A DNA stretch of 64,000 nucleotides, taken from assembly GCF_004010195.1 (NCBI RefSeq), contig NC_057719.1:77317339-77381338 (forward strand), read 5' to 3'. A program made the translations under genes and the position numbers. This document shows, piece by piece, positions 1 to 12,409 of this stretch (position 1 is the stretch's first letter; every line of letters begins with the position of its first letter). The notes under the pieces are model-generated. The model made no database searches. It was not told the origin of the DNA and was given only the letters and a program-made list of their open reading frames with translations. Source of the stretch: Chiloscyllium plagiosum. Its lineage: Eukaryota.

Positions 1-79
1 ATCAAGAAGTTGATAAGAGGTGAAAGGAAAAGGGTGTGGGCCAGGGAAGGAGAAGAATGTCTTCGAAAAAACAGAGGCC

Positions 80-228
80 TTATAGTCCTAGAGCTGTACA
101 GCATGGAAACAGACTTCAGTCCAATCATCCATGCCAACCAGATATCCTAAATATCTACTACCATTTGCCAGCATTTGGCCCATATCCCTCTAAATTCTTT
201 CTATTCATATACCCATCCAGATGCCTTA
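80..228 (-). mobile_element. CR1/HER1-type LINE 3' end fragment
   Basis: Matches the CR1 3' ends at 33745, 38718, 41555 and 54343 (tacagcatggaaacagac...catttgccagcatttggcccatatccctc...catccagatgcc). Confidence 0.85.
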
Positions 229-588
229 ATGAAGGAGTCCTTGTAGGGAGCAAGAGAAGGCTGCCAGAATAAAATTAGCTATCCCAAAGGGAAAAGGCAG
301 TAATTTTAAGAATGTGGCACAAAGGATGATGACATATGAGCTTTTTAGGGTTATTTAAACTTTAAGACTTAAGTCAATCCCAATTATAAACTGAGTTGAC
401 AGAACAATCTAGAGTTTTACTAATTCTGATTAGTTACAAGATCCATTCCAGGTACAAAGGTTTTCACAATTTTTACTGAATTTATTCTCATAACAAGTAG
501 AAAAACAATGAAAGAAAAATAATGGACATATGCCTCTCGTTGTTTTCTGCTGACTCAAGTTTTTCTTCTGTTTTTCTTTCTTGTACAG

Positions 589-727
589 CAAACCATTTGT
601 TAACTCTTGACAGCCACTACCTGCATGGTCAGAGATATCCTGACCTTGTCAATAAAGGGAAATTATGTGATCAATCCCAGATTGGCACCATGGCATATGC
701 ACAATTCATGACCGGCTCCTCCTAAAA
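589..727 (+). other. Candidate exon of unknown gene
   Basis: Branch-like ctgac (550-554), long pyrimidine tract, tacag acceptor and gtgagt donor at 728; one open frame NHLLTLDSHYLHGQRYPDLVNKGKLCDQSQIGTMAYAQFMTGSS* that stops 2 nt before the donor; product not recognised. Confidence 0.35.
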
Positions 728-754
728 GTGAGTCACATAGTGATAGCACTTCAT

Positions 755-971
755 GTAGGTTGTTCTGTTTCAATGGGACAGTAGTGTACCTCTGCAACCT
801 CACACTATAGAAAATCACACTATGGAAAACCACTTTAGAAAATTGCGCTGTAGAAGATTGCTAATAGAAAATTGCTATACCTGTTCATTGGAAAGTTCAC
901 GTTATCCAAACAACATCCACAATTCGTCAATCGTGTTATAGCCGATTCGCTTTCGAGAAGAATGACCTGTA
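755..971. mobile_element. Tc1/mariner Tigger-like non-autonomous DNA transposon (MITE)
   Basis: Degenerate terminal inverted repeats (tgtaggttgttct ... agaatgacctgta, ending in TA) and internal ~15 bp tandem units like cactatagaaaatca. Confidence 0.6.
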
Positions 972-2558
972 TTGTCTTCTGATTTGTTAGTTAATACGCC
1001 TATCACTTTGTATGATCACTTCTTTTGTAACAGTTTGTCTGTAACAAGCTTACATCTTTATTGATGTTTGGCATCAGCAGCGTAAACTGTCCAACTGCAT
1101 GGAGTATGCATTGTGCTCTTCCCCCATCAGTGATTTAATATCATCCCAAATGCCTCGAAGATTTGTATCGGAAGTGTTCTACAAAATCTATCAATATTCT
1201 TTAACTACCAGAACCCTGTGTAACTCCACAATGACTATTGATGCGTAAACAAACTAAACCTCAAATAAACCATGCAAAATATTATTAAACAAGAATGTTT
1301 CATAATTTAAATTCAAAAATAAACAAATTTTAAAACGTAGCTGTTCCGTGAAGTGGGAGTCTTTTATTTTAAAACATTCTCACCTTTGTTAGCCTTTATT
1401 TACATTAACCTAAGCCATAGACGCAGCCACAAATCCATGAGTTTATTTTTGACTTGTCTATATGACTGTTCTTCCTTCCAAACATGTTTTTCAATTAACC
1501 ATGCTCAATTAAAATGAAATTTCATTCCTCATTTGCTTCATCAGTTATTGAAAAAATAACTCAATCCTATAAAAGAGTGATTTTTTTTTTAAAAAAAGAA
1601 TTCTCCCCTAAGAAAATGATTATGGAGTCATTGAGAATAGGCTCCGTGAAGCACAGCTGCAACGAACTGTGACAAATCTAGGGAGAAAACCCATTACTCT
1701 GAACCACATACTGGCAGAGCTGGCAGATACCATGAAATGCCTGTCATGTCGATCAATATCAAACCACACAAACCTGGTTCAGAGATCATACACCATTTCA
1801 GTGACGCCCCTCTTGAAATGTTGCTGGGGCTTGTGAGGAAGGGATACAGAAACTAGGAAGAGAAGGAATAAGCTAGCTGGACATACCAAAGAGTGTGGTT
1901 GGAATTGAAACAAGAGGTTAGAAGCAAGTACGTGATGCCATGATTTTGCATTTAACACAGGAATTAGTTTCTTATCTATGCAAGGCAAGAAACGTGAGAG
2001 CAATAGTGCATTGCCCTTCATCCTGACATGTATACCATCCCAACACCTGACTCTGCTTTCTGAAGCCTATTTCAGCACATCACTCCTCACATCAACATTG
2101 CAGGTATACGTAGTCTTTTTTGTTACTCACTTCCAGCCTGATGCAATGTAATACCTCTCCCACACTTCATAACATTCAATATATATTCTCCATCCATGAA
2201 TTGAAGATACTTTGTTTCTCTCACTTGAGGATCTCTTCTGTCCCTCTCTGTAGGAGAGGAAGAGAGTACCAGGGAAGGAGAGGAGCAGAGCCCTCTAGCC
2301 ATCACACAGCTAACAAATACAGAGAGTATCAGTTGCTGGGGTTTGGAGGAGTCGAGGTGTACCTGGCTATTGAAGATAGGGAAAGACGGGCCTTCCAGTT
2401 ACTGAGGAAGCTGGACAAGGTTGGTGCTGAGAACAAGTTGCCACTAGTAGGGTAATTTCTAACTAAGGAGTAATCACGGAAGAAGGGGTTATTCACTTAA
2501 AACTGAGATGCGAAAGGATTTATTCTTGCAGAGAGTAATGAACATTGGAATTCTCTAC

Positions 2559-3608
2559 TGAAAAATGTGTTGCTGGAAAAGCGCAGCAGGTCAGGCAGGT
2601 CAGGAGCAGGAGAATTGACGTTTTGGGCATAAGCCTTTCTTCAGGAATGAGGAAGGTGTGCCAAGGATAAAAGGTAGGGAGGAGGGACTTGGGGGAGGGG
2701 CATTGGGAATGCAATAGGTGGAAGGAGGTTAAGGTGAGGGTGATAGGCCAGAGAGGGGGTGGGGGNNNNNNNNNNNNNNNNNNNNNNNNNNNNNNNNNNN
2801 NNNNNNNNNNNNNNNNNNNNNNNNNNNNNNNNNNNNNNNNNNNNNNNNNNNNNNNNNNNNNNNNNNNNNNNNNNNNNNNNNNNNNNNNNNNNNNNNNNNN
2901 NNNNNNNNNNNNNNNNNNNNNNNNNNNNNNNNNNNNNNNNNNNNNNNNNNNNNNNNNNNNNNNNNNNNNNNNNNNNNNNNNNNNNNNNNNNNNNNNNNNN
3001 NNNNNNNNNNNNNNNNNNNNNNNNNNNNNNNNNNNNNNNNNNNNNNNNNNNNNNNNNNNNNNNNNNNNNNNNNNNNNNNNNNNNNNNNNNNNNNNNNNNN
3101 NNNNNNNNNNNNNNNNNNNNNNNNNNNNNNNNNNNNNNNNNNNNNNNNNNNNNNNNNNNNNNNNNNNNNNNNNNNNNNNNNNNNNNNNNNNNNNNNNNNN
3201 NNNNNNNNNNNNNNNNNNNNNNNNNNNNNNNNNNNNNNNNNNNNNNNNNNNNNNNNNNNNNNNNNNNNNNNNNNNNNNNNNNNNNNNNNNNNNNNNNNNN
3301 NNNNNNNNNNNNNNNNNNNNNNNNNNNNNNNNNNNNNNNNNNNNNNNNNNNNNNNNNNNNNNNNNNNNNNNNNNNNNNNNNNNNNNNNNNNNNNNNNNNT
3401 TTTTACAGGGGGCAGGGTGGGAGGAGGTGTAATTTAGGTAGCTGTGGGAGTCGGTCGGTTTATAGTAAATGTCCGTGTTGAGTTGGTCGCCCGAGATAGA
3501 AATGGAGGGGTCGAGGAAGGGGAGGGAGGAGTCTGAGACTGTCCAGGTAAATTTGAGGTCGGGGTGGAAGGTGTTAGTAAAGTGGATGAACTGTTCAAAC
3601 TTTCTCCC
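2559..3608 (-). mobile_element. Penelope-like element (subfamily A), 5'-truncated, spanning a gap
   Basis: Minus-strand RT segment FTNTFHPDLKFTWTVSDSSLPFLD...DIYYKPTDSHSYLNYTSSHP; terminal repeat with mutated hammerhead motif at 2613-2648; 16 bp TSD cattggaattctctac at 2543-2558 and 3609-3624. Confidence 0.85.
2766..3399. other. Assembly gap
   Basis: Run of N. Confidence 1.
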
Positions 3609-4121
3609 CATTGGAATTCTCTACCCAAGACAGCTGGGGAGCTAGATCACTGGAAGTATTTAAGGAGGATGTAAATAGACTTTTGAACTATCAAGGAATT
3701 GAGGGTTGTGAGGAACTGACATGAAAGTGGAGTTGAGGCCTGGAGCAGATCAGCAGTGATCTTACGGAATGTTGAGGCAGACTTGAGCAGAGAAATAACC
3801 TACTCTTGCTCCATTGTTCTATCGGTTTTTTTTTATATTCCTATCTCCTTCACAAGCTCTGGAGCAGTCTCCTGGCCCACAGGGAAATCCGAAGGATTGA
3901 TTTTAAAGTTATCCATTGGGACTCTTGTTGCCCAGGATGCCTTTCTGATCAATACCTCCTGAGCTGATACCTCTGCTGCCACCTGCTCAGGCCTTAGCTT
4001 GAAATAGGAAAGGATGACAGCAGCTGACATGAACTGCATACTTAAGATCCGACCTGGTTACTTTCCTCCACATTCCTGTCTGATATAGCAGGTTAATATG
4101 GAATCATAGGATGGTAGCCAA

Positions 4122-4387
4122 CTATCCACTCCACTCTCTCCTCCCTGACCTATCACCTTCATCTCCTCCCCCACTCACCTATTCTACTCTATGCTACTTT
4201 CTCCCCACCCCACCTTCCTCTAGCTTATCTCTCCACGCTTTAGGCTCTCTGCCTTTATTCCTGATGAAGGGCTTTTGCCCGAAACATCGATTTTGCTGCT
4301 CATCAAATGCTGCCTGAACTGCTGTGCTCTTCCAGCACCACTGATCCAGAATCTGGTTTCCAGCATTTGCAGTCATTGTTTTTACCT
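4122..4387 (+). mobile_element. Penelope-like terminal repeat (subfamily B) with hammerhead motif
   Basis: Reverse complement of 24196-24470; ctgatga-agggcttttgccc-gaaacatc at 4261-4288. Confidence 0.8.
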
Positions 4388-6819
4388 CGCAGAATTGGAC
4401 AAGGCAAGTGACTCCTGTTACTTTGACTGTATCCTCCCTAGCCTAGTTTCCCCCAAGAAGTGGCTGTTTAATGCAGCCCAGCATTCCAGTACTTGTAACT
4501 GTTTATGCCTTTTGAAAAGTTGGGTCAGTTAGTGGGAGGTGTTGGACATCTTCACATGCCCTACAAACTGATGCCAAGTTTTAACTACATGGATGGGTTA
4601 TTTCGCCTATATGCAAGAGTCAAATTGATATGATATCAATGAGGGCTAATGCATCCAGCAATAAAGCACTTAATGTCTGTCTGCACAATTACAGTTTTTA
4701 AGTGCTCAATTCAATCGGAACAAAAAAAATTAGTCATGAGTTCATAATTTTCTCCATAGCAAAGGCAGAGTATGCTCAAGCTCACAATCCGAAGCAGGGT
4801 ATAGGCACTGGGAAAAAATTCAATGACAGGCTGCAGATTGCAAATTATGTGCATTGTGTGACCTAACTGTTTTTCCTTTGTTTTATTAAACTGTCAGTAG
4901 CAGTCAATCAGCTTGATTTTGACCTAGTGAGATTTAGTTCAGGCAAACAAGGGACTAAAAAATTGTATTGCACTTCTGTGGATTTATTTATTGCAGAGTC
5001 CATCTAAGAGATGGATGGAACTGCACTGATTGAGGGGTGACCCTTTGTTCTGTTACCAGTCCAACACTTATGAATACAGGATGGAAGCTGTAATATTCCT
5101 TTATTTTCCTACGGCATAACATCACATTTAGCATTAGGGCTAAAATGTACCCTTTTGCAGGATAGGAAGGTGGTTGGGAGTCTATGGGTGGCAAACGTTA
5201 ACAACAGCAACTTAACTCTATTTGATAAATATAACATTAACGTAACAAAATGTCCCAAGTTCTGAGGGAACTTGACAAGTATATGTTGAGCAGACATTTC
5301 TACTAGTGAGTATGGCATTAAATTACATCTGGTGAAGCAGCCAAAAGCAACTGACAATCCGGGAAATGGCTGTAAATTGGGACCTAGCAATAAAATCAAC
5401 TCTCTTTCAGATCCCACACAACTAGAGATCTAATGAATGTCCTTGGGCCACAGGCATCAAATAACATAGGATCAAGTCTACTTTAGTCATTGCTGTTAAC
5501 AACTATGAGAATCGCCACAGGCAATTTGTCTTTTTCCTTATCAATAATGAAGAAAAATCTAGTCTTTGCCAATAGAAGTGTGCTTCTTCTTAGAAAGAGC
5601 TTTTGTTACACTCAAGCTTCTGTTTGTTTGAGTGAGAATTGGCTGGGCTTGAAATGCAGCTGATACATTTGACAAAATGATTACTATGTTTTTTTTAACA
5701 GAGTCAAGGATCACAAGCATGTACAGGCCTGAGTTTAAAATTAACCGCAATTGCAAAATGTCTCAACTGAGGTAATAAGTTCAAAGTAATTCTAATCATA
5801 TATTATAAAAGACAGTAGACTTACAAGTGCTCAGTGTTGAAAAATTAATATTCTGTGTAATTGCAACAAGTACACATTTGAGTTTTAAAATGTATCCTAT
5901 TAGGCATGAATCACACTCAATGAACACTGTTCCTTACATTTTGCTTAATGTGGAAAGCATTAGAAAAATGTTACAATGCAGAAAGTGATGAGGGAATCTG
6001 CTTCTGTAAAATGCCTTCAATCAGTGCTATTGTTGTTTGAAGCTAATTTCTTCCTGTTTGCAAGATTCTGGTGAAAGATGGGAAGAAACATGATAAAGGC
6101 TTGATAATAGCTTGTTAACATCAGGAATGTGTTTTCTCAACTTTTTTTTACAATAGAAACAATCTATGCTTTCCTTAACTTGGACACATTTCACAGAGGG
6201 TAATGGAAAGTCATAAATCTGAAACTTTGGTTAGAATCTGAGGGACATGGGCTGCAGAGAGAATTGGGTAACAAGTTCAGTAAGGCCCATCTCAATCTTG
6301 GCATTTGCTTGCTCCATCTTTTATCCTTTTCACAAGTGACGTGGCGAGATGCCAATTGATGGGAACTAGTGCATGTTAAACATTTTGTAAATGCAACAAA
6401 TGCCTCATTCATAATCAGATTCACATCTTACCAAACTCAGCAAACACACTAGACATCAGAACAACTCAAAAAGAAAACCAGAGTGTGTATCTGCTGGATT
6501 CTATTTGCTGCTTGCTCTGAATGACCTCCAAAAACATCTCAAGGCATGGCTTTGGGCAGCAGCCATACATATTCTCTAGCTACGCACATGATTATCCAGC
6601 ATCTGCTAACATGTCAGATAATCACTCTACCGTTCACTGGATGTGTGCTATGGAAGTTCAAACTTGCATTGCCGGGCACACCAGCAAATAGCACTGAAAG
6701 GCTACAGTGAACAATTTGGGTGCAGGCACGGCTCACAGACTGGACCAGGCTGCCTGCATCTCTTATGTGCTTATTCTCTTCACATTTGCACATAGCATTG
6801 TTTAAAATTTAAAATTTAA

Positions 6820-8357
6820 TCCATGCTTCTACAGATTACCCAAAATTCACAAACCAGGAGCCCCCCCTCAGACCCATAGTCTCGCTCCCTGGAACACCAA
6901 CTTACAGACGGACCAAGGAGCTACACCAAAGACTAAAACACTTAGTAGAAGACTCACGTCACTCCATTCACTCCACTCAGGAATTCCTGAAGACCATTAA
7001 AGACACTAAAATAGAAGAGGACGAAATAATGGTCTCCTTTGATGTAACAGCCCTGTTTACATCAATCAACATTAACCTGGCCAAGAAAACACTGACTACT
7101 ATTAGAAGACCCAAAGACACATACACCAAATACCTCTAACTTCATCAGCAAAGACAGTATCGTCAAGCTAGTGGACCTATGTCTTACCACACACTTCAGC
7201 TTTAACAACAAAACCTACAGACAAACCAACGGAACACCCATGGGCTCTCTCTTAGCAGAGGCGGTTACGCAGAGACTCGAACAAACAGCTCTGCCAAACA
7301 TCTAACCCAAATTTTGGGTCCACTACATGGATGACACCTTTGTCATCACTTAACGAAACAAATTAGAGGAAACCTTCAAGACCATCAATAATACCCTTAC
7401 TGGCATAAAATTCACCAAAGAGGAGGAAAACAACAACAAACTGCCATTCCTAGATGTCACAGTAGAGCAAACAGCCAATGGGGAACTTCAAACCAGCGTC
7501 AACAGGAAAACAACACATATGGACAAAATATTGAACTACAGAAGCAATCATCCCAATATTCACAAACGAAACTGCATCAGAACATTTTTTCAACACACAC
7601 TACAGCACAGAGAAACTACGCAGAGCAGAGGAAAATCACCTATACCGAGTATTCAAAAAGAAAAGGTACCCAATGAACACAGTCCATCGATTTCTCAGCA
7701 ACAAACCGAAACAAGCAGACAAAACAAGTCCAGAATCCCTAGCCACTCTCCCCTACATCAAAGACATCTCGGAAATGACTGCCAGACTACTACCTTGGCA
7801 TAATGGTAGCCCACAAACCCACCAACACACTAAAACAGCAACTAATGAACTTGAAAGACGCTTTACAGACAACAAGCAAAACTAATGTCATTTGCAAAAT
7901 ACCATGCAAGACTGTAACAAACACTACATTGGACAAACAGGCAGAAAACTAGCCACCAGGATACATGAACATTAACCTGCCACAAACAACATGACTCTCT
8001 CTCACTGGTATCCTTACACACAGATAAGGAAGGGCACCACTTTGACTGGGACAACCATCCATCCTAGGACAAGCCAAACAGAGACACGCATGAGAATTCC
8101 TCGAAGCATGGCATTCAAACCGAAACTCTATCAACAAACACGAGTTAGACCCCATCTACCACCCCCTAAGAAAAAGAACAGGAAATGACATCACCACAGG
8201 AAATGACATCACCAACCCAAAGAAACCCAAACATATAAATAGAAAGCAGAAACCATCAGCAGTGCTTCACCTGGAGGCCCACTGAAGATGTTACCTAGTA
8301 GGGTGATGAAACATCTGGAAATGGACCTTCCAGCTCAGCGAGGGAACCTACATCCAT
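6820..8357 (+). mobile_element. Decayed Penelope-like retroelement (RT plus GIY-YIG endonuclease plus terminal repeat)
   Basis: Frameshifted motifs FYRLPKIHKP, LRPIVS, VSFDVTALFTSI, GTPMGS, YMDDTFV, LPFLDV and GIY-YIG-like CKIPCK..CNKHYIGQTGRKLATRIHEH; hammerhead motif at 8279-8318. Confidence 0.9.
8279..8318 (+). ncRNA. Minimal hammerhead ribozyme motif at the Penelope 3' end
   Basis: cca-CTGAAGA-t-gttacc(tagtag)ggtgat-GAAA-catc-tgg; stem I cca/tgg; stem III probably CpG-decayed from acgt. Confidence 0.6.
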
Positions 8358-8469
8358 AAAGAATGATACTTACTCCTTTGGATGATTCTTTATCCCCACA
8401 GTAGCAATCCTGGCCTTCTGCTGTGAGGGCAAGGATTCTCTTCTTGTAGACTTACCAAACAATAGGGCT

Positions 8470-8590
8470 GTTTTTTCATTACAAAGAAACTACTGATGGC
8501 GATTTAACCTGTGGGTCACCATGCCTCAAGTAAGGGGAGAGATTGAGAAGGAGAATCCTTCCCAGTGTGGGAATTGAACACTTGCTTTCA
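8470..8590 (-). mobile_element. SINE-like repeat fragment, same family as 17605-17772
   Basis: Inverted similarity to 17605-17710 (aattccca...ccttctcaa..tctcccct..cctgagg...ggttaaa). Confidence 0.55.
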
Positions 8591-8607
8591 GTGTTACAAT
8601 ACATTCA

Positions 8608-8735
8608 CTATCTCTCTCTTTCTCTCTCTCTCTTTCTCGCTCTCTCTCTCTCACTCTCACTCACTCTCTCACTCTTTTTCTCTCTCTCTTCTCTCTCTCA
8701 CACTTTCTCTCTCGCGCTCTCTCTTTTTCACTCTG
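8608..8735. repeat. Imperfect (CT)n microsatellite
   Basis: Seen directly. Confidence 0.95.
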
Positions 8736-9054
8736 CCCTGTTAAGGGTTGGCTCCTCTTGTAATAAGCAAAAGGGACAGGGGACAAATGGGTGTGATTAA
8801 AGTGGGTGGTATGGCGATTATGCTGGTTGGGCAAAGCTGATAAGGTATACCAAAAAGATACCACAGACAGTGGTGAGGGAGGTTGCAGGGTGGGAGTGAT
8901 AGTGGTAGTGTTAGAGTGTGATCCTTGGGGAGTCCATACAGTAGCACAGATAAAGTGAGTGTGAGGTGGAAGAGAGAGCAGAGTGCGGCTCTTATCCGGT
9001 CATAGAAGAGAAGGTCATTGAGCTTCTTTCTGTAATGCTGGCCTTTCCTCCCTG

Positions 9055-9575
9055 GCTAAGGTTTATTTTCAAAATCATGAGTGGGCTGGATAAAACAGGA
9101 TTAGGATTAGAGTTATGCCTGGTGTTAAAATAGGTAGGAATAAACTGTTCCTACTCCTAAAGGATCAAGAATGAGAGGGCACAGATTAAAAGTGGTTCGC
9201 AAAAGAAGCAAACATGATGTAAGAGAACCTTTTCATGTGGGGATAGTCAGGTCTGTAATGCACTGCCTACAAGTGTGTGGAGGGAGGGTCAACTCATAGA
9301 GTCATATATTCTGGAAACAGACTGTTCAGTCCAACCAGTCCATGCTGACGATTATCCCAAACTAAACTAGTCCCACCTGCTTCAAGTATATCCTTTAAAT
9401 ATACTCAAAGTGAGGCATTTAAGATGATAAGTTAAATAGCAACAATGTGCAAGGCTATGGCGAAAAGGCAGAAGAATGGCACTAAGAAGTCATGATGGTT
9501 ATTGGAAGAGCTGGTGCAGAAATGGCAGGTCAAATAGCTTCTTCTGTGATGTAATACTTCTGAGGTTCTGTGATG
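9055..9575 (+). mobile_element. CR1 3' fragment containing an opposite-strand CR1 tail (about 9294-9380)
   Basis: ggatcaagaatgagagggcacagattaaaagtg CR1 3' motif; inner catagagtcata...ggaaacagac tail in reverse orientation. Confidence 0.7.
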
Positions 9576-10309
9576 CTCAGCCAGGCATTCATTCCCCACA
9601 AGCCAGGAGCATCACTCAGGACCTTGGGTTGAATGCTGTAGCTCAGCATTCTTGCCCTTCATCATTTCTCTGCTCAGCCTAACACCACTGCTGAGACAGA
9701 ACTTTACACTTCCCTGGTCAGCCCGTCAACCCTTGACCAACCGCATTGACCCATGCCCCATTACAGTAAAGCCGTTCTCCTGCTGTCATCCTCTGCACTT
9801 TGTGGAACTCATGCTACCGTCACCTCATCTCAGTCATGGCATAGCAATGGCAAACACTAGACAAACAGGACAAAACAGCAGTCACGCACTCTAATTTCTA
9901 AGTACAGTATGATGCTACATGTATACTTTTCATATATAGCTGTGAATCTGAAAGTGTGATTGCTTACTCATGGATAACTCAGTTGGGAAGGAGAATTGAA
10001 TGTTGGTGAGCTGAACTTATAATGAGAATGCATGATATGTAAATACAAGCAAAAGGGCATCCTAATACCTGAAGCTTGACATGCCTTTAAAGTTCCAAGA
10101 ATTTAATTTTCATCTCACTACCAGGAATCTGCTTTTTTGGCTTCTGTGATTAAGTTTTCCCACTTGCCTCAGTTTCCACTCCCAGAAACAGTGCAAGATT
10201 CTACCTATTAGTTCAGTTTTTTTTTGACAGAGGATGCCTTCACCCTGTACAGTACACAGGGAATGTTGGGAGAAGACTTGGGATGGAGGACAGGAAATGT
10301 TTCTGGCTG

Positions 10310-12396
10310 TAACAAGCTGCTCCTTTTTTGAGGTATTTTAGATGTTGGAGGCGATTTCCTCAAATTCCAGCAGTTACTGTTTTATATGCTGTTGCATTGT
10401 TTTGTAACTTTGGAGAGAAAAAAAGTCACAACAACAGCACTTTTAAAAGGGAGATGCACAGATAAAGGCAGCACATCGTCAGGCAGCGTTGGCAGGGAAG
10501 GGGAAGAAGGAGAAAGAGAGAGAGAGAGTGAAATCCACACTGCTCCCTGACGCAGCAGTGAACCTGCGCAGTTACTGCCTTTGCTGTTTGAATTCATGTA
10601 TCACCGGACATCGGAGTGCATCTGAGAAAATTAACAAACAGCAAAATTCACGACTGATCTTGGAGGAACCTGTCTGGTAGAGGTCACAGCTCAGAAATAG
10701 ATAAGTGAATATATCTAAGTGTGGCCTTACAGTAAGTCTGCAGTAGTGAGCAGAGTGGATTCTTTCTTGATTATATGTTTTATTGAGAAATATCTCTAAA
10801 TTAAGCTTAAAATATAACTCGTAAGTATCAGGTTAGCCTGGAGCAGTGTTTTACAGAGGAATAAGACAATGCTATTTTCTGGGTCTGGAGGTTGAAAAAA
10901 GCAAAAATGGCCTTTAGTAGAGTTCTGGCCTTTAGTAGAGCTGCTGTTCTTATCAGACGTGTGCGTTTCGGGAGAGTTTACGTGTTACTGAGGATTATGT
11001 CTGCAATAAATGCCATTGGTTGCAAATCCTATCATATTGAATGGATCAGTTGAAGAGACAGTTAGAGGCAATGAGGAATTTACAAAAGGAAGGGGATGTG
11101 ATGGATGGCAGTAATAGGAAGGGGGGGCAAGTCTCAGATACAGTCACATAGATGGGTTAACCCCAGGAAAGGTAAGAGAGGTAGGCAGCTAGTACAGGAG
11201 TCTTCTGTGGCTATCCCCATTACAGACAAGTAAATGCAGAGGGTGATGGATTCTCAGGGGAATGTAGCATGAATAACCAAGGTTCTAGTATTGGGACTGG
11301 CTCTAATGCAATGAGGGATACGTTGGGTTCCAAGAGATCGATTGTGTTAGGGGACCTTCTAGCCTGAAGCACGGACAGACGTTTCTGTGGCCAGCAGTGA
11401 AAAATCAGAATGGTGTGTTGCCTCCCTGGTGCCAGGATCAGGGATATTTCAGAGAGGGTACGGAATGTTCTTAAGGGGGAGAGGGACCAGCAGAAGGTCA
11501 TTGGTTCCAATGTGCACAATGACATAGGAAGGAGAAAGGATGAGATTCTGAAGGGAGAATATAAAGAGTTAGGCAGGAATTTAAAAAGGAGATCCTCAAG
11601 AGTAGTAATATCTAGATTACTCATGGTGCTGCGAGCTAGTGAGGGTACGAATAGGAGGATGGAGCAGATGAATGCATGGCTGAGGAGCTGGTGTATGGGA
11701 GAAGGATTCACATTTTTGTAACATTGGAATCTCTTCAGGGATAGAGTGACCTGGACAAGAAGGACGGATTGCACCTGAGTTGGAAGGGGCATAATATATG
11801 GGCAGGGAAATTTGCTAGAGCTGCTCAGGAGGATTTAAACTATTAAGGGTGTGGGGCCCAGGGAGATAGTGAGGAAAGAGATCAATCTGAGACTGGTACA
11901 GTTGGGAAAAGAAGCAAATCAAACAGTCAGGGCGGGCAGGGACAAAGCAGAGAACAAGGTAGGACTGATAAATTAAACAGCATTTATTTCAATGCAGGAG
12001 GTCTAACAGGGAACGTAGATGAACTCAGGGCATGGTTAGGAACATGGGACTGGGATATTATAGCAATTACAAAACATGGCTCAGGGATGGACAGGACTAA
12101 CAGCTTAATGTTCCAGAATACGAATGCTACAGGAAGGACAGAAAGGGAGGCAAGAGAAGAGGGAGAGTGGCGTTTTTGATAAGGGAAAGCATTACAGCTG
12201 TACTGAGGGAGGATGTTCTCAGAAATACACTCAGGGAAGTTATTTGGGTTGAACTGAGAAATAAGAAAGGGATGATCACCTTATTTGGATTGTATTATAG
12301 ACCCTCTAATAGTCAGCGGGAAATTGAGAAACAAATTTGTAAGGAGATCTCAATTAGCTGTAAGAATAATAGGGTGGTTATGGTAGGGGATTTTTA
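10310..12396 (+). mobile_element. CR1/HER1 LINE 5' part: 5'UTR, ORF1 (Zn finger plus SGNH esterase-like) and start of the ORF2 endonuclease; 3'-truncated
   Basis: ORF1 VCCLPGARIRDISERV...HNDIGR...VVISRLL...NAWLRSWC; endonuclease VAFLIRESI...IWVEL...GLYYRPSN...VVMVGDF; inverted homology to 27690-29675. Confidence 0.9.
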
Positions 12397-12409
12397 ACAT
12401 TTCCCTTGC

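Larger units (their letters stand above)
2390..3815 (+). mobile_element. Old CR1 3' fragment, split by a Penelope-like insertion
   Basis: CR1 C-terminus/3'UTR-like sequence (gagagtaatgaacattggaattctctac | ccaagacagctggggagctagatcactgg) continues across the insertion. Confidence 0.7.

Noticed and set aside
800..880. Short spaced repeats that might suggest a CRISPR-like array
   Set aside because: They are degenerate ~15 bp tandem units without spacers inside a MITE, in a vertebrate context.
2520..3611. Long ORFs of 240-363 aa in the ORF track (also 13327-14456 and 24361-24969)
   Set aside because: They read through N gaps, and the real residues are Penelope fragments.
3833..4054. Possible exon or ORF (MQFMSAAV... 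on minus; acceptor at 3867 on plus)
   Set aside because: All plus-strand frames stop, no good donor is present, and the minus-strand peptide is not recognisable.
8543..8864. Leu/Ser-rich and Arg/Glu-rich ORFs
   Set aside because: They are translations of the (CT)n microsatellite.
11220..11792. 190 aa minus-strand ORF
   Set aside because: It is the antisense shadow of CR1 ORF1.
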